A stretch of 64,000 nucleotides of DNA, from assembly GCA_009392275.1 (NCBI GenBank), contig VFGV01000012.1:18217-82216 (forward strand). The letters are read 5' to 3'. Every line of letters starts with the position of its first letter. The first letter of the stretch is position 1. Origin of the DNA: SAR202 cluster bacterium (GTDB lineage Bacteria; Chloroflexota; Dehalococcoidia; Lucifugimonadales; UBA2962). Shown here piece by piece: positions 38,288 to 47,885 of the stretch. The notes under the pieces are model-generated. The model was not told where the DNA came from, made no database searches, and saw only the letters and a program-made list of their open reading frames with translations. Made by a program: the position numbers and the translations under genes.

Positions 38288-38995
38288 ATGAAAGACAAGT
38301 CTATGCACAATAAAAATTACAGGTCAGGGTTTCCCAAAGGAGTGCACTTTACACCAGTTCCCAGTCCTTTACTTGGCCCCATGCTAGAACAAATCGGGGA
38401 TTACAATGACCTTGTTTGTATTTTAAGATTCATTAACTTAATTCATCTAAAGAAAGGTAGTCATAAGTGGGTAGAGGAAAATTTGTTGATTTCTGACCAA
38501 GTACTGCACGCAGTAATCGGATCCAAAGAAAAAATCCAGGATTCTATAAATAAATGTATTAACAATGGGTTTATACTACGTGCATCTTTGAAAACAGATC
38601 GGAAAGCTCGAATACTAGTCCTCAACACCTCCGATGGAAAAACTAATATCGACCGTATAATCAATGAAGAACATGACACTAAGGTAGATGTAATTGAAAA
38701 CAATAATCCTACCGAAAATATTTTTAGTCTGTACGAAAACAATATTGGTACTCTTAACCCTCTAATAACAGAAGAGTTAAAATATGCACAGCAACGTTAT
38801 CCCGATGATTGGATTAATGAAGCTTTCCGAGAGGCGGTAAAGAATAATGCTAGGTCATGGCGGTATATTGAAAGCATACTAGAAAATTGGCAAGTAAATG
38901 GGCGATCCAAAACTAATAACCCTAACAGGAGACAAAGTGGACGAAATCGGCGACATATTAAAGAAATTGGACAAAGCGCCAGCAAAAGATACTAA
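38288..38995 (+). CDS. DnaD domain protein
   Basis: NIFSLYENNIG...WINEAFREAVKNNARSWRYIESILENW (YxxxILxxW motif). Confidence 0.88.
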   Translation: MKDKSMHNKNYRSGFPKGVHFTPVPSPLLGPMLEQIGDYNDLVCILRFINLIHLKKGSHKWVEENLLISDQVLHAVIGSKEKIQDSINKCINNGFILRASLKTDRKARILVLNTSDGKTNIDRIINEEHDTKVDVIENNNPTENIFSLYENNIGTLNPLITEELKYAQQRYPDDWINEAFREAVKNNARSWRYIESILENWQVNGRSKTNNPNRRQSGRNRRHIKEIGQSASKRY

Positions 38996-40274
38996 ATCAG
39001 AAATCAAACTTCGAAAGACAGAGGATGTAGAACTCGAGTGCGATCGATGTAGCGACTTAGGCTGGTTTACAGAAGATGTCGCAATTGATCATCCAGACTT
39101 CGGTAGATTTGTAACTTGCACGTGCCAACAAGATGATTTACTTGAACAGGACAATTCGCAATTAATTCGGTATAGCAATTTAGGATATTTAGTAAGGTTT
39201 GACTTCGAATCTTTTATTCCTGAGTTTTCAAGTGTGCCAGATATACAATCTCTGATTAAAACTGCTAAGGATGCAGCCCTAGATTACACAGTGTCACCCC
39301 GTGGATGGCTAGTATTAGTTGGCCCACATGGTTCAGGTAAAACCCATTTGTCTGCTGCAATCGCTAACCAATGTATAAAGAATGGCCATATTGCAATTTA
39401 TATTGATGTGCCAGACTTGATGGACCATTTAAGAAGTAGCTTTGCGCCCGATACACCATATTCGTATAGCGAGCTCTTCGATCGAGTTCGCAATACTCCA
39501 CTGCTAATTCTAGATGACTTAGGTAGTACATATCCTACTCCGTGGGCATTAGAGAAATTGCAACAAATACTCAATCATAGATTTAATGCCGAATTGCCAA
39601 CAGTTATAGCAACGTCACAAGAACTGAGCTCATTGGATTCTTATATTAGATCTAGATTAAAAAGTGAACACCTTTCAAAAATTATTAGGTTAAAGCCTTC
39701 AGATATTGGGTTTGGTTTAGGTAGCATCCCTAAAGACCTCCAAGACAGGATGACATTGGATTCATACAAAATAAGTGGATCAGGGTTAAATTCCAAAGAA
39801 AAAGCAAGCTTAAAACTAGCCTTGGAAGTAAGTAAAACATATGCTTCATATCCTGATGGCTGGCTGACCTTGTCAGGTTCCACCGGAGTTGGTAAAACTC
39901 ATCTAGCAGTTGCCATTGGCAGTCAGCGAATTCGCGAAGGAGACGATGTTTTCTTCGCCTTCGTTCCTGATTTGCTCGATTACCTGAGAAGTAGCTACAC
40001 GCCAAATAGTGCAGTTAGATATGATGAGATTTTTGAAAGAATCAGAAACGCTGGCGTTTTAATTCTTGATGACCTCGGTCAAGAAAGAGGAGGTCCCTGG
40101 GCAGAAGAAAAATTATATCAATTGTTAGTACATCGACATAATCTCAAATTGCCTACGATAATAACAACACTAGATGACTTTATGGGCGAACTTGGACCTA
40201 TACGTTCTCGGGCAGCCGACAAGGCGGTGGGATATGTCCTAACTATATTAGGAAAAGACTTTCGGCGCCGATAA
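38937..40274 (+). CDS. DnaC/DnaI/IstB-like helicase loader with Zn-binding N-terminus and two AAA+ domains
   Basis: CDRC...CTC; Walker A GPHGSGKT and GSTGVGKT; LILDDLG twice; start placed at GTG 38937 after AGGAGA. Confidence 0.88.
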   Translation: MDEIGDILKKLDKAPAKDTKSEIKLRKTEDVELECDRCSDLGWFTEDVAIDHPDFGRFVTCTCQQDDLLEQDNSQLIRYSNLGYLVRFDFESFIPEFSSVPDIQSLIKTAKDAALDYTVSPRGWLVLVGPHGSGKTHLSAAIANQCIKNGHIAIYIDVPDLMDHLRSSFAPDTPYSYSELFDRVRNTPLLILDDLGSTYPTPWALEKLQQILNHRFNAELPTVIATSQELSSLDSYIRSRLKSEHLSKIIRLKPSDIGFGLGSIPKDLQDRMTLDSYKISGSGLNSKEKASLKLALEVSKTYASYPDGWLTLSGSTGVGKTHLAVAIGSQRIREGDDVFFAFVPDLLDYLRSSYTPNSAVRYDEIFERIRNAGVLILDDLGQERGGPWAEEKLYQLLVHRHNLKLPTIITTLDDFMGELGPIRSRAADKAVGYVLTILGKDFRRR

Positions 40275-40353
40275 AGAGAATGATAAAACATCACTCTAAA
40301 TAATTGGTGTGTCTTAGATTTTAACAACTCAACTTCATGAATTAGTTCAACAT

Positions 40354-40695
40354 ATGAAAAACACAACTTGCATACTTTGCGAAGTGGCCCATGGGCGGTC
40401 TCCTGGTAAAATCCATTATGAAGACACCGAAATATCTGTGTTTGATAATGTGCTAGATTGGGCTCCTGTTATGATTTTGTTAGTCCCTAAAGCACACATA
40501 TCTCAAAGCCAGTTATGGCAGGATAAAAATCTGTTCAATAAAATTTCAACACTGGCTGTAGACATAGGTAAAGAGATGTGTCCAAATGGATATCGATTAT
40601 TATCCAATTTTGGAAATGACGGGTTACAAACCCAAGCACATGGACACTTGCACTTAATAGGAGGGAAGCGTCTAGGTTTTTATGTGGATTTTTAA
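40354..40695 (+). CDS. HIT family nucleotide hydrolase
   Basis: CILC, VPKAH, QTQAHGHLHLIGG. Confidence 0.9.
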   Translation: MKNTTCILCEVAHGRSPGKIHYEDTEISVFDNVLDWAPVMILLVPKAHISQSQLWQDKNLFNKISTLAVDIGKEMCPNGYRLLSNFGNDGLQTQAHGHLHLIGGKRLGFYVDF

Positions 40696-41744
40696 AATAT
40701 ATTCTTATTAGATGTGAAAATCGGCATAATCTCATCACCTAATAATCGAATGGTTTTTTCAACAACTCGATAATCCATTTGTCCTGTATTCACCTTTAGC
40801 ATTAGATTATTTACCCCTGCTTCACGAAGATCATTAATTTGATCTTTAACTTTAGCAACTGATCCAAAAATAAACCCATCCTCAAGTTTTTCGTGCTTGA
40901 GGTGTCTTTGTCCTTCTTTTGAATTAACCCATTCAGGTGAATTTAATTTTATTCTTGCGTCGCTAATAAATGTCTGTTCTATTTCCAAATGTTGTCTAGC
41001 TATTTTCTCAGCTTCGTTGTCAGAGTCAGCTACTAATATATCTGAGGTAAACCATATATCGTTTACAGCTGCCTGAATCTCTGACTCGGTATAGCCGGAC
41101 TTTGCAGCCTGTTCTTTATAAAGAGTTAGTTTTCTAGTAATGTCTGCTGGTTTGCCTCCTGCAGTAAGAAAAGGTCGACACGAACTCGCCAAATTACTTA
41201 TGCTGCGTTCGCTGATGGCAGAACGCATTATTGGAGGATGCGGTACAGAATATGTAGCCGGACGTATTGCTGGAAACTTAGTATTCCAATACTTTCCTGA
41301 ATAAGTTACATCTTTTTCCGTCCAACACTTTATTAATAGTTCTTCTGCCTCCTCTAAAGCGCCCGCTCCCATATCCATAGACACATCAAACCCCTCATAT
41401 TCATAGTGATTTGCAACAGAGCCTCTGCCGAGTCCAACAATCAATCTACCTTTACTAAGCTGATCTATAAGAGAACATTGCGCTGCAAGCCTAACAGGGT
41501 TGTGTAATGCTATTTCAAGAACGGCAAAGCCAATCTTTATATTTTTTGTACACATAGCAACCGCTGCGGAAAAAGTTACAGGATCTGCAAAAGCTGATGT
41601 TCCATCAAAATGATGCTCATTTAACCAAATTGAGTGAAAACCTTTTTCTTCACACAATTTTATTTCACTCAAAACTTCATATATTAATTTGCCATCATAA
41701 TTTTCAGACAAGCTGATAGGGAAAACCCAGTTACCAAATTTCAC
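40692..41744 (-). CDS. LLM-class (luciferase-like) flavin-dependent oxidoreductase
   Basis: WLNEHHF, PVRLA, DQLSKGRLIVGLGRG, PHPP. Confidence 0.92.
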   Translation of the reverse strand: MKFGNWVFPISLSENYDGKLIYEVLSEIKLCEEKGFHSIWLNEHHFDGTSAFADPVTFSAAVAMCTKNIKIGFAVLEIALHNPVRLAAQCSLIDQLSKGRLIVGLGRGSVANHYEYEGFDVSMDMGAGALEEAEELLIKCWTEKDVTYSGKYWNTKFPAIRPATYSVPHPPIMRSAISERSISNLASSCRPFLTAGGKPADITRKLTLYKEQAAKSGYTESEIQAAVNDIWFTSDILVADSDNEAEKIARQHLEIEQTFISDARIKLNSPEWVNSKEGQRHLKHEKLEDGFIFGSVAKVKDQINDLREAGVNNLMLKVNTGQMDYRVVEKTIRLLGDEIMPIFTSNKNIF

Positions 41745-41784
41745 TATATTCCACCGATATTGTTTAGATTAATTTTGTGTTATA

Positions 41785-42876
41785 TCAATCGAACGTAAGA
41801 ACGCTTCTTGCCACCTTACCTTCACCAAGAACTTGAAAGGCAGTATTCACATCATCAATATTGAAACTTCGAGTAATTAATTCATCTAACTTCAATTGAC
41901 CAGACTGATACAAAGATATTAGCCGTCCAAAATCAATGTGTGGGCGCGCACTGCCATACATTGATCCAATAATTTTTTTCTCCCACATAATATCTCTTGC
42001 ATCGATTGTAACAGGAGTTTCAAGAGGAGCGTGTCCTACCCATACTGCTAAACCTCTGTTTCTAACTGCATGTATTGATTGAATGAATGGTTCTGGTACT
42101 AATCCAATTGCTTCAAAAGCGTAATGCACTCCCAGTCCACCTGTAAGATCTTTTATCGCTTCAACAGGATTTGTGTCTTTAGAATTCACAGTGTGGGTAG
42201 CACCAAATTGTTTTGCTAACTCTAATTTATTATCTAAAAGATCTACTGAGATAATAGTTGTTGCTCCAGCAATTACTGCACCTTGTATCACATTAAGACC
42301 TACCCCTCCTGCACCAAAGACAGCAACACTAGAACCAGGATGTACTTTTGCTGTGTTTATAGCTGCTCCAACACCTGTCATAACTCCACACCCAACTAGA
42401 GAAGCCTGAGGAAACGGCATTGTTTTATCAATTGCAACCGCGGCTTGTTCAGTTACTATGGCATGAGTAGACATAGTACCTAATCCTGAAAGAAAGGATA
42501 TATCTTTATTTGTTGAAAACGTACGAGCAGTTCTAGTACTCGCAGGCGGTTTGTAACATACATTTGGTCGTCCAATCTGGCATGCTTCGCATAAACCGCA
42601 ACTCGGCATCCATGAGAGTATGACATGATCTCCAGGTTGAAGCTCTGTAACACCCGGTCCAATCTCTTCTACGATGCCGGCTCCTTCATGACCAAGGATG
42701 ACAGGTGTTGGTATAAATGACCACTCGCCTTTTACAACATGCCAGTCAGAATGACATACTCCACTTGCCATCATTTTTACCAAAACTTCGCCATTCTGTG
42801 GCGCCCCCAATTCCATATCTTCCACTACGACTGGCTGATTGTAATCATACAATACAGCTCCCTTAATTCGATTCAT
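41785..42876 (-). CDS. Zn-dependent alcohol dehydrogenase (class III-like MDR)
   Basis: CHSD, GHEGAG, CGLCEAC...C, GCGVMTG, GAGGVG; start at ATG 42876. Confidence 0.93.
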   Translation of the reverse strand: MNRIKGAVLYDYNQPVVVEDMELGAPQNGEVLVKMMASGVCHSDWHVVKGEWSFIPTPVILGHEGAGIVEEIGPGVTELQPGDHVILSWMPSCGLCEACQIGRPNVCYKPPASTRTARTFSTNKDISFLSGLGTMSTHAIVTEQAAVAIDKTMPFPQASLVGCGVMTGVGAAINTAKVHPGSSVAVFGAGGVGLNVIQGAVIAGATTIISVDLLDNKLELAKQFGATHTVNSKDTNPVEAIKDLTGGLGVHYAFEAIGLVPEPFIQSIHAVRNRGLAVWVGHAPLETPVTIDARDIMWEKKIIGSMYGSARPHIDFGRLISLYQSGQLKLDELITRSFNIDDVNTAFQVLGEGKVARSVLTFD

Positions 42877-43015
42877 TGCAATATCCCCCATAGTTTGTTT
42901 TAACTTTTATAGGTTTCTAAACCACCAATTAGAAAGTATGGTTTGAAGGAGTGTAGCAGTGCATATGATTCAATACAATATCAAACCTAAAATTCTTTCG
43001 ACATTGAAAATATTA

Positions 43016-43040
43016 TGTGAATTTCCTCACTATGTTGACA
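43016..43040 (+). promoter_or_regulatory. CRP/Rex-like palindrome next to a TTGACA hexamer in the divergent adh / ABC intergenic region
   Basis: TGTGA-ATTTCC-TCACT at 43016-43031; TTGACA at 43035-43040. Confidence 0.4.
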
Positions 43041-43188
43041 TCGTAAATTGCTTGTGAGAAAGTTCCCAAGCAACAACAGGTTGGTATTGTTATACAGCTA
43101 TGATTCGTTTTTACGATGCGATACTACATTGCCGATTTACTGTTAAAAAACTTTGTAATATAGCTATCAAGGTAATAAGGAGGCCTAT

Positions 43189-44886
43189 ATGCTTAGTAGA
43201 TTACCCTTGTTGATTGTGGTTATCTGTGCTTTATCTTTATTTATAGTTGCTTGCAGTGAAGATGAAGCAGCTACTACTTCTGACACAGGAACAACCACGG
43301 AAACCACTGAAGTAAGTGAAGCAACCGACGAAACAACAGAACCAGTGAGCGATTCGACGCTAAAAACTCTTGGAGATATGAAATCAGGTGAGAAGTTTGG
43401 CGGAACCCTAAAGGTTGCAGCTCAGGCTAGTTTAGAAACACTAGATACATCTTTCTCAGGAGCCTATGTAGTTACAACAATCAGCGCTCATGTTTGGGAA
43501 AGACTTTTTGAGAGAGATGCCGGCTTCAACGCAAAACCGCAAATGGTGTCTGGCTGGGAAGTTGATGATGCTGGAACAACATATACCTTTACGTTAAGGG
43601 ACGGCATGACTTTCCATGATGGATCGTCTGTAACATCAGGTGACGTTATCCCCTCACTAAAAAGAATGTGGGAAACTACCGCAGCTGGTGATATGTTAAA
43701 AGGCCAGATGGTAGAAGATGGTTGGAAAGAAATTGACGACCATACTTTTTCTTTGACTTTTAAACAGCCAATGGGTGTAGTAATTTCAGGAATGGCCGCG
43801 CCATGGCCTCTATCCAACATATGGCCAGAGCGAGTTGCCAACACTCCTGCCCAAGAGGACTACGGAGAAGAAAATGCAATTGGCTCGGGACCATATAAAG
43901 TATCTGAGTGGGTACGTGGAGACAAATTAGTTGTAGAAAGATTTGATGCTTATGTACCTCGAACCGATGAGGCAGGCAGTTATCTGGCGGGTTCGAAAAT
44001 TGCCTACATCGATACAATTGAATGGCTAGAAATACCATCTGAGGAAAGCAAAAAAGCTGCCTTGCAAACAGGTGAAATTGATGTGTGGGATGGAGCTGGC
44101 TTGGATTTCTATACCGAAATGGTTGATGACCCTAATATCGATGTCGCAAAATATGATAAACATTTCTGGACCTATGATTTCAATGTGACCTCGACAGGAC
44201 CAGCTAGCAATAAAATGATCAGACAAGCATTGCAAGCTGCTACAGACATTGAAGCCTTGGCAGCGTCAATGGGACCTAGTGATCTTTGGTCACTTTGTCC
44301 ATCGAGGTACCGATGTGGGACTCCACTTGCCAGCACGGTTGGTGAAGAATACTACAACGAAAAAGACGTTGAGAAAGCAAAGAAAATGATAGCTGAATCT
44401 GGTTATGCTGGAGAAACTTTCTTGCTTATGAATCCGAATGATTATGCAACTATTACTCCGATGGGACAGGTGTTAAAGCCTTTGTTCGAAGAAGTTGGTC
44501 TAACAGTTGAAATGCCATCAATGGATTGGGCCACTTTGCTATCGAGATTACCTGATCCAGATTGGGATGCAATTACAGACTGGTGGGTTCAATGGGCTTC
44601 TCCAGACCCTGTGGCTGACCCAATGCTTTCAGGAACACTGTATTTTGGTAACTTCGGAGATGATCCAGAGGTAGAAAGGACAAAGGCATTGAGACTTCAA
44701 TACGCTTTTGAGCCTGACGCATCAAAACAGATGGATCTTATCGGAGAGATGCAGCTTGCACTGTATGATTCTGCACCTCAGGTAATGCTTGCTCAGTGGG
44801 CATCCATTTACCCATACAGCAAAGTGGTTAAAAACTTTGATGTACCGGTATTTCCAGTTTATATAAATGCTTGGTTAGATAGGTAA
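43189..44886 (+). CDS. ABC substrate-binding lipoprotein, family 5 (DppA/OppA-like)
   Basis: Lipobox IVAC, acidic linker, YTFTLRDGMTFHDGS, IGSGPY; AAGGAGG SD. Confidence 0.93.
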   Translation: MLSRLPLLIVVICALSLFIVACSEDEAATTSDTGTTTETTEVSEATDETTEPVSDSTLKTLGDMKSGEKFGGTLKVAAQASLETLDTSFSGAYVVTTISAHVWERLFERDAGFNAKPQMVSGWEVDDAGTTYTFTLRDGMTFHDGSSVTSGDVIPSLKRMWETTAAGDMLKGQMVEDGWKEIDDHTFSLTFKQPMGVVISGMAAPWPLSNIWPERVANTPAQEDYGEENAIGSGPYKVSEWVRGDKLVVERFDAYVPRTDEAGSYLAGSKIAYIDTIEWLEIPSEESKKAALQTGEIDVWDGAGLDFYTEMVDDPNIDVAKYDKHFWTYDFNVTSTGPASNKMIRQALQAATDIEALAASMGPSDLWSLCPSRYRCGTPLASTVGEEYYNEKDVEKAKKMIAESGYAGETFLLMNPNDYATITPMGQVLKPLFEEVGLTVEMPSMDWATLLSRLPDPDWDAITDWWVQWASPDPVADPMLSGTLYFGNFGDDPEVERTKALRLQYAFEPDASKQMDLIGEMQLALYDSAPQVMLAQWASIYPYSKVVKNFDVPVFPVYINAWLDR

Positions 44887-44922
44887 ATCGAAACTAAACA
44901 GGTAAGAAATATAAGTTAAGAG

Positions 44923-44962
44923 CAAACAAGCTCTTTGAGTATCAACTCAAAGAGCTTGTTTG
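44923..44962. terminator. Perfect 18-bp stem-loop between the SBP and permease genes
   Basis: caaacaagctctttgagt-atca-actcaaagagcttgtttg. Confidence 0.8.
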
Positions 44963-45046
44963 TTAATTCAAATTGACAGTTGAATTATTAAAAGTAAAAC
45001 AAGTCAATCAGGTCATACAAATATTGAGGGATTAAAGTAAGTTTTA

Positions 45047-45991
45047 ATGAGTGGATATATAATCAGAAGATTATTAGCAATGATACCAGTTCTACTTGTC
45101 GTAGCGTTGGTAGTATTTGCGTTAATCCATATAGCTCCCGGAGATCCCGCAGCATTAATCGTAGGTACACACGCAACAGAAGAAAAGTACGATTTAATTA
45201 GAGAAAGCCTAGGACTCAACAAGCCAATGTATATTCAACTAGGAATATGGTTTGGAAATCTTTTCCAAGGAGACCTAGGTGAATCATTGTTCGGAAAAAC
45301 CTCTGTCACTGAAATGATTGGACAGCGTATAGTTCCAACATTTTCAGTTGCAGCCTTTACTTTAATATTTTCTATGGCCATCGCAATTCCCTTAGGCATA
45401 ATTGCTGCATGGAAGGCTAACAGTTGGATAGATCGGTCCGTGATGGTATTCACTACACTTGGTTACTCAGTACCTTTATTTTGGCTTGGTTTCATACTTA
45501 TGTGGGCTTTCGCTGTAAAGCTGAACTGGTTTCCAGCAATTGGTTACACGGCTCCAACTGAAAATGTCGGGGATTATTTCTATCACATGGTACTACCTGT
45601 ACTTGCTACCGGTTTAGTAGTGATGGCTCTTATTGGCAGAATGACTAGGGCCACAATGCTGGAGGTACTCTCAGAAGATTACATAAGAACGGCGCGTTCG
45701 AAAGGGTTAGCAGAAACGCGTGTATTACTATCACATGCGTTGCGAAACGCAATGCTGCCAATTATAACTGTATGCGGAATTAGCTTAGCTTTACTGTTGG
45801 GTGGAGTTGTGGTGACAGAAAATGTTTTTGCTATACCTGGAATGGGCAGACTTTTAGTAAATGCTTTAAGTCATAGAGATTATCCAGTGATTCAAGGAAC
45901 AGTATTAGTTTTTGCTGCTATAGTCGCTGTAATAAATCTATTAATAGATCTGTCTTACGGGCTACTAGATCCTAGGATTAGATACAAATAA
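45047..45991 (+). CDS. ABC permease DppB/OppB type
   Basis: APGDPA, GDLGES, EDYIRTARSKGL, HALRNA, RDYPVIQG, LDPRIR. Confidence 0.95.
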   Translation: MSGYIIRRLLAMIPVLLVVALVVFALIHIAPGDPAALIVGTHATEEKYDLIRESLGLNKPMYIQLGIWFGNLFQGDLGESLFGKTSVTEMIGQRIVPTFSVAAFTLIFSMAIAIPLGIIAAWKANSWIDRSVMVFTTLGYSVPLFWLGFILMWAFAVKLNWFPAIGYTAPTENVGDYFYHMVLPVLATGLVVMALIGRMTRATMLEVLSEDYIRTARSKGLAETRVLLSHALRNAMLPIITVCGISLALLLGGVVVTENVFAIPGMGRLLVNALSHRDYPVIQGTVLVFAAIVAVINLLIDLSYGLLDPRIRYK

Positions 45992-45994
45992 CTT

Positions 45995-46897
45995 ATGAAT
46001 AAAAATCAAACATCAACTTCAGCCTGGGTTAAACCTCCAGACTTAACTATAAAGGACAGGGTAAATGACCTGCTGGCGCTATTAAAAAGACATCCGAATA
46101 TGGCTGTAGGTCTTTCTATATTTTTGTTTGCGGTACTTATCGCTATTTTTGCGCCAGTACTATGGACATCTGATCCATCTATGCCTGCTCCTTTAGAAAG
46201 GTTCACTGGGCCTTGGACAACAGGTCATTGGTTTGGCACCGATAATATAGGGCGCGATATTTGGTCAAGAGCACTATACGGCAGCCGGATTTCATTAACC
46301 GTTGGAGTATCTGTTGCAGTTATAGCGATAAGTGCAGGAACTATAATTGGTATAACCGCGGGGTATTCTCATAAATTTGACATGGTTGTCATGAGATTCA
46401 TGGACGGGTTAATGTCAATTCCTTCAATAATATTAGCAATCGCGCTAATGGCATTATTGGGGGGAAGCGTACAAAATGTGATTATCGCATTAAGTATTAC
46501 GGAAATACCTATAGCCACCCGAGTAGTCAGGTCAGCTGTTTTAAGCTTGAGAGAACGAACTTACATAGAAGCTTCACGATCAATTGGTGCTACAACACCT
46601 CGTATTATGATTAGACACATTTTACCTAATATCGTGGCTCCATTGATTGTGCATGCCACATATGTAGCATCTGCGGCAGTGTTGTTAGAAGCATATTTGA
46701 GCTTCCTTGGAGCTGGCCCGCCTGAAGAAATACCAAGTTGGGGCAACATGGTGGCAGGGGCTAAGGACTACCTTAGTAGAGCCCCGTACATGATAATTTT
46801 TCCTGGATTATTTTTAACATTCACTGTTCTAGGAATGAGTTTATCTGGAGATGGTCTAAGAGACATATTAGACCCGAAAATCAAACGTAGGTCGTAG
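45995..46897 (+). CDS. ABC permease DppC/OppC type
   Basis: HWFGTDNIGRD, YIEASRSIGA, HILPN, LSFLG, SWG, GDGLRDILDPK. Confidence 0.95.
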   Translation: MNKNQTSTSAWVKPPDLTIKDRVNDLLALLKRHPNMAVGLSIFLFAVLIAIFAPVLWTSDPSMPAPLERFTGPWTTGHWFGTDNIGRDIWSRALYGSRISLTVGVSVAVIAISAGTIIGITAGYSHKFDMVVMRFMDGLMSIPSIILAIALMALLGGSVQNVIIALSITEIPIATRVVRSAVLSLRERTYIEASRSIGATTPRIMIRHILPNIVAPLIVHATYVASAAVLLEAYLSFLGAGPPEEIPSWGNMVAGAKDYLSRAPYMIIFPGLFLTFTVLGMSLSGDGLRDILDPKIKRRS

Positions 46898-46940
46898 AGT
46901 GACATTCGTTTTTGCTAATTAGTGTTAAGGAGGGATAAAT

Positions 46941-47792
46941 ATGACTGAGTTAACTGATTTAAGATCAAAAGTTTTAGGGATAATTGATGATTTCTCTGGT
47001 ACTGCGAGCGTTAGTGCAAATAATTTAACCACTGGCGAAGTATTGAGTATTAATGAAAAAAAGGTACTTCCTGCACTCAGTGCCATAAAAATTGGAATTA
47101 TGGCCGAACTTTTTTTTCAAATCCACGAAGGTGAATACAATTTACTTGACCGAGTGAAAATAGATGCTAGCGATCTTAGAGGAGGAACAGGAGTTTTCAG
47201 AGAAATGGAAACCCCCTTTGAAGTCACATTAAAAGATATTTGTATGATGATGATTGTAGTAAGTGACAACACTTGTACTTGGAAGCTTAGTTCTATGTTA
47301 GGTATAGATTCTATAAATAAACGAATGCGATCTCTTGGGCTGAACGAGTATTCACTAAATCATGACTTGGGTCCAACAGCATTTGATGATATGCAAGGAA
47401 AGGATGTCAATGCATACTCCGAGTGCTCAGCTAGAGATTTTACCAATCTTGTAACATTGATGGCTAAGGGGGAGCTAGTTTCAAAAGAATCATCGGATGC
47501 AATGCTTGATATTATGGGACGGTGTCAACATATAGAGTGGCTAGGCAGATATCTTCCATTAGACCAATTCCCAGCTGAATCCGGAGTTGAACCTAAAGTT
47601 AAAATGTACAACAAACTTGGAGCTTATTTACACGCCCGTTGCGATACAGGACTTATTAAATCCGAAAATAGTGATTATGTTATTACGGTTTTCGCTTCAT
47701 ATAGTAAGGATAAAAGTTTACTTTTATGTCCTCATGAAGGTTCAAGATTGATAGGAGAGATATCAAAAGCAGTATATGACTTTTGGGGTTAA
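46941..47792 (+). CDS. Class A beta-lactamase-like serine hydrolase
   Basis: SxxK (SAIK), SDN, KLG in place of KTG, DTG. Confidence 0.85.
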   Translation: MTELTDLRSKVLGIIDDFSGTASVSANNLTTGEVLSINEKKVLPALSAIKIGIMAELFFQIHEGEYNLLDRVKIDASDLRGGTGVFREMETPFEVTLKDICMMMIVVSDNTCTWKLSSMLGIDSINKRMRSLGLNEYSLNHDLGPTAFDDMQGKDVNAYSECSARDFTNLVTLMAKGELVSKESSDAMLDIMGRCQHIEWLGRYLPLDQFPAESGVEPKVKMYNKLGAYLHARCDTGLIKSENSDYVITVFASYSKDKSLLLCPHEGSRLIGEISKAVYDFWG

Positions 47793-47885
47793 GGCGCGTT
47801 ATTTAGGCAATTATTAAAACAATTATTAATACTACGATAATTACAAATCCTAAACCTAGTATGAAATAAGCTAAAAGCTGTTTAT

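Noticed and set aside
38937-40274. IS21 IstB helper or prophage replication gene
   Set aside because: No IstA transposase, terminal repeats or phage genes; embedded in the rplI-dnaB housekeeping cluster.
46941-47792. Antibiotic-resistance beta-lactamase
   Set aside because: No signal peptide, no recognisable omega-loop ExxLN motif, KTG altered, catabolic context.
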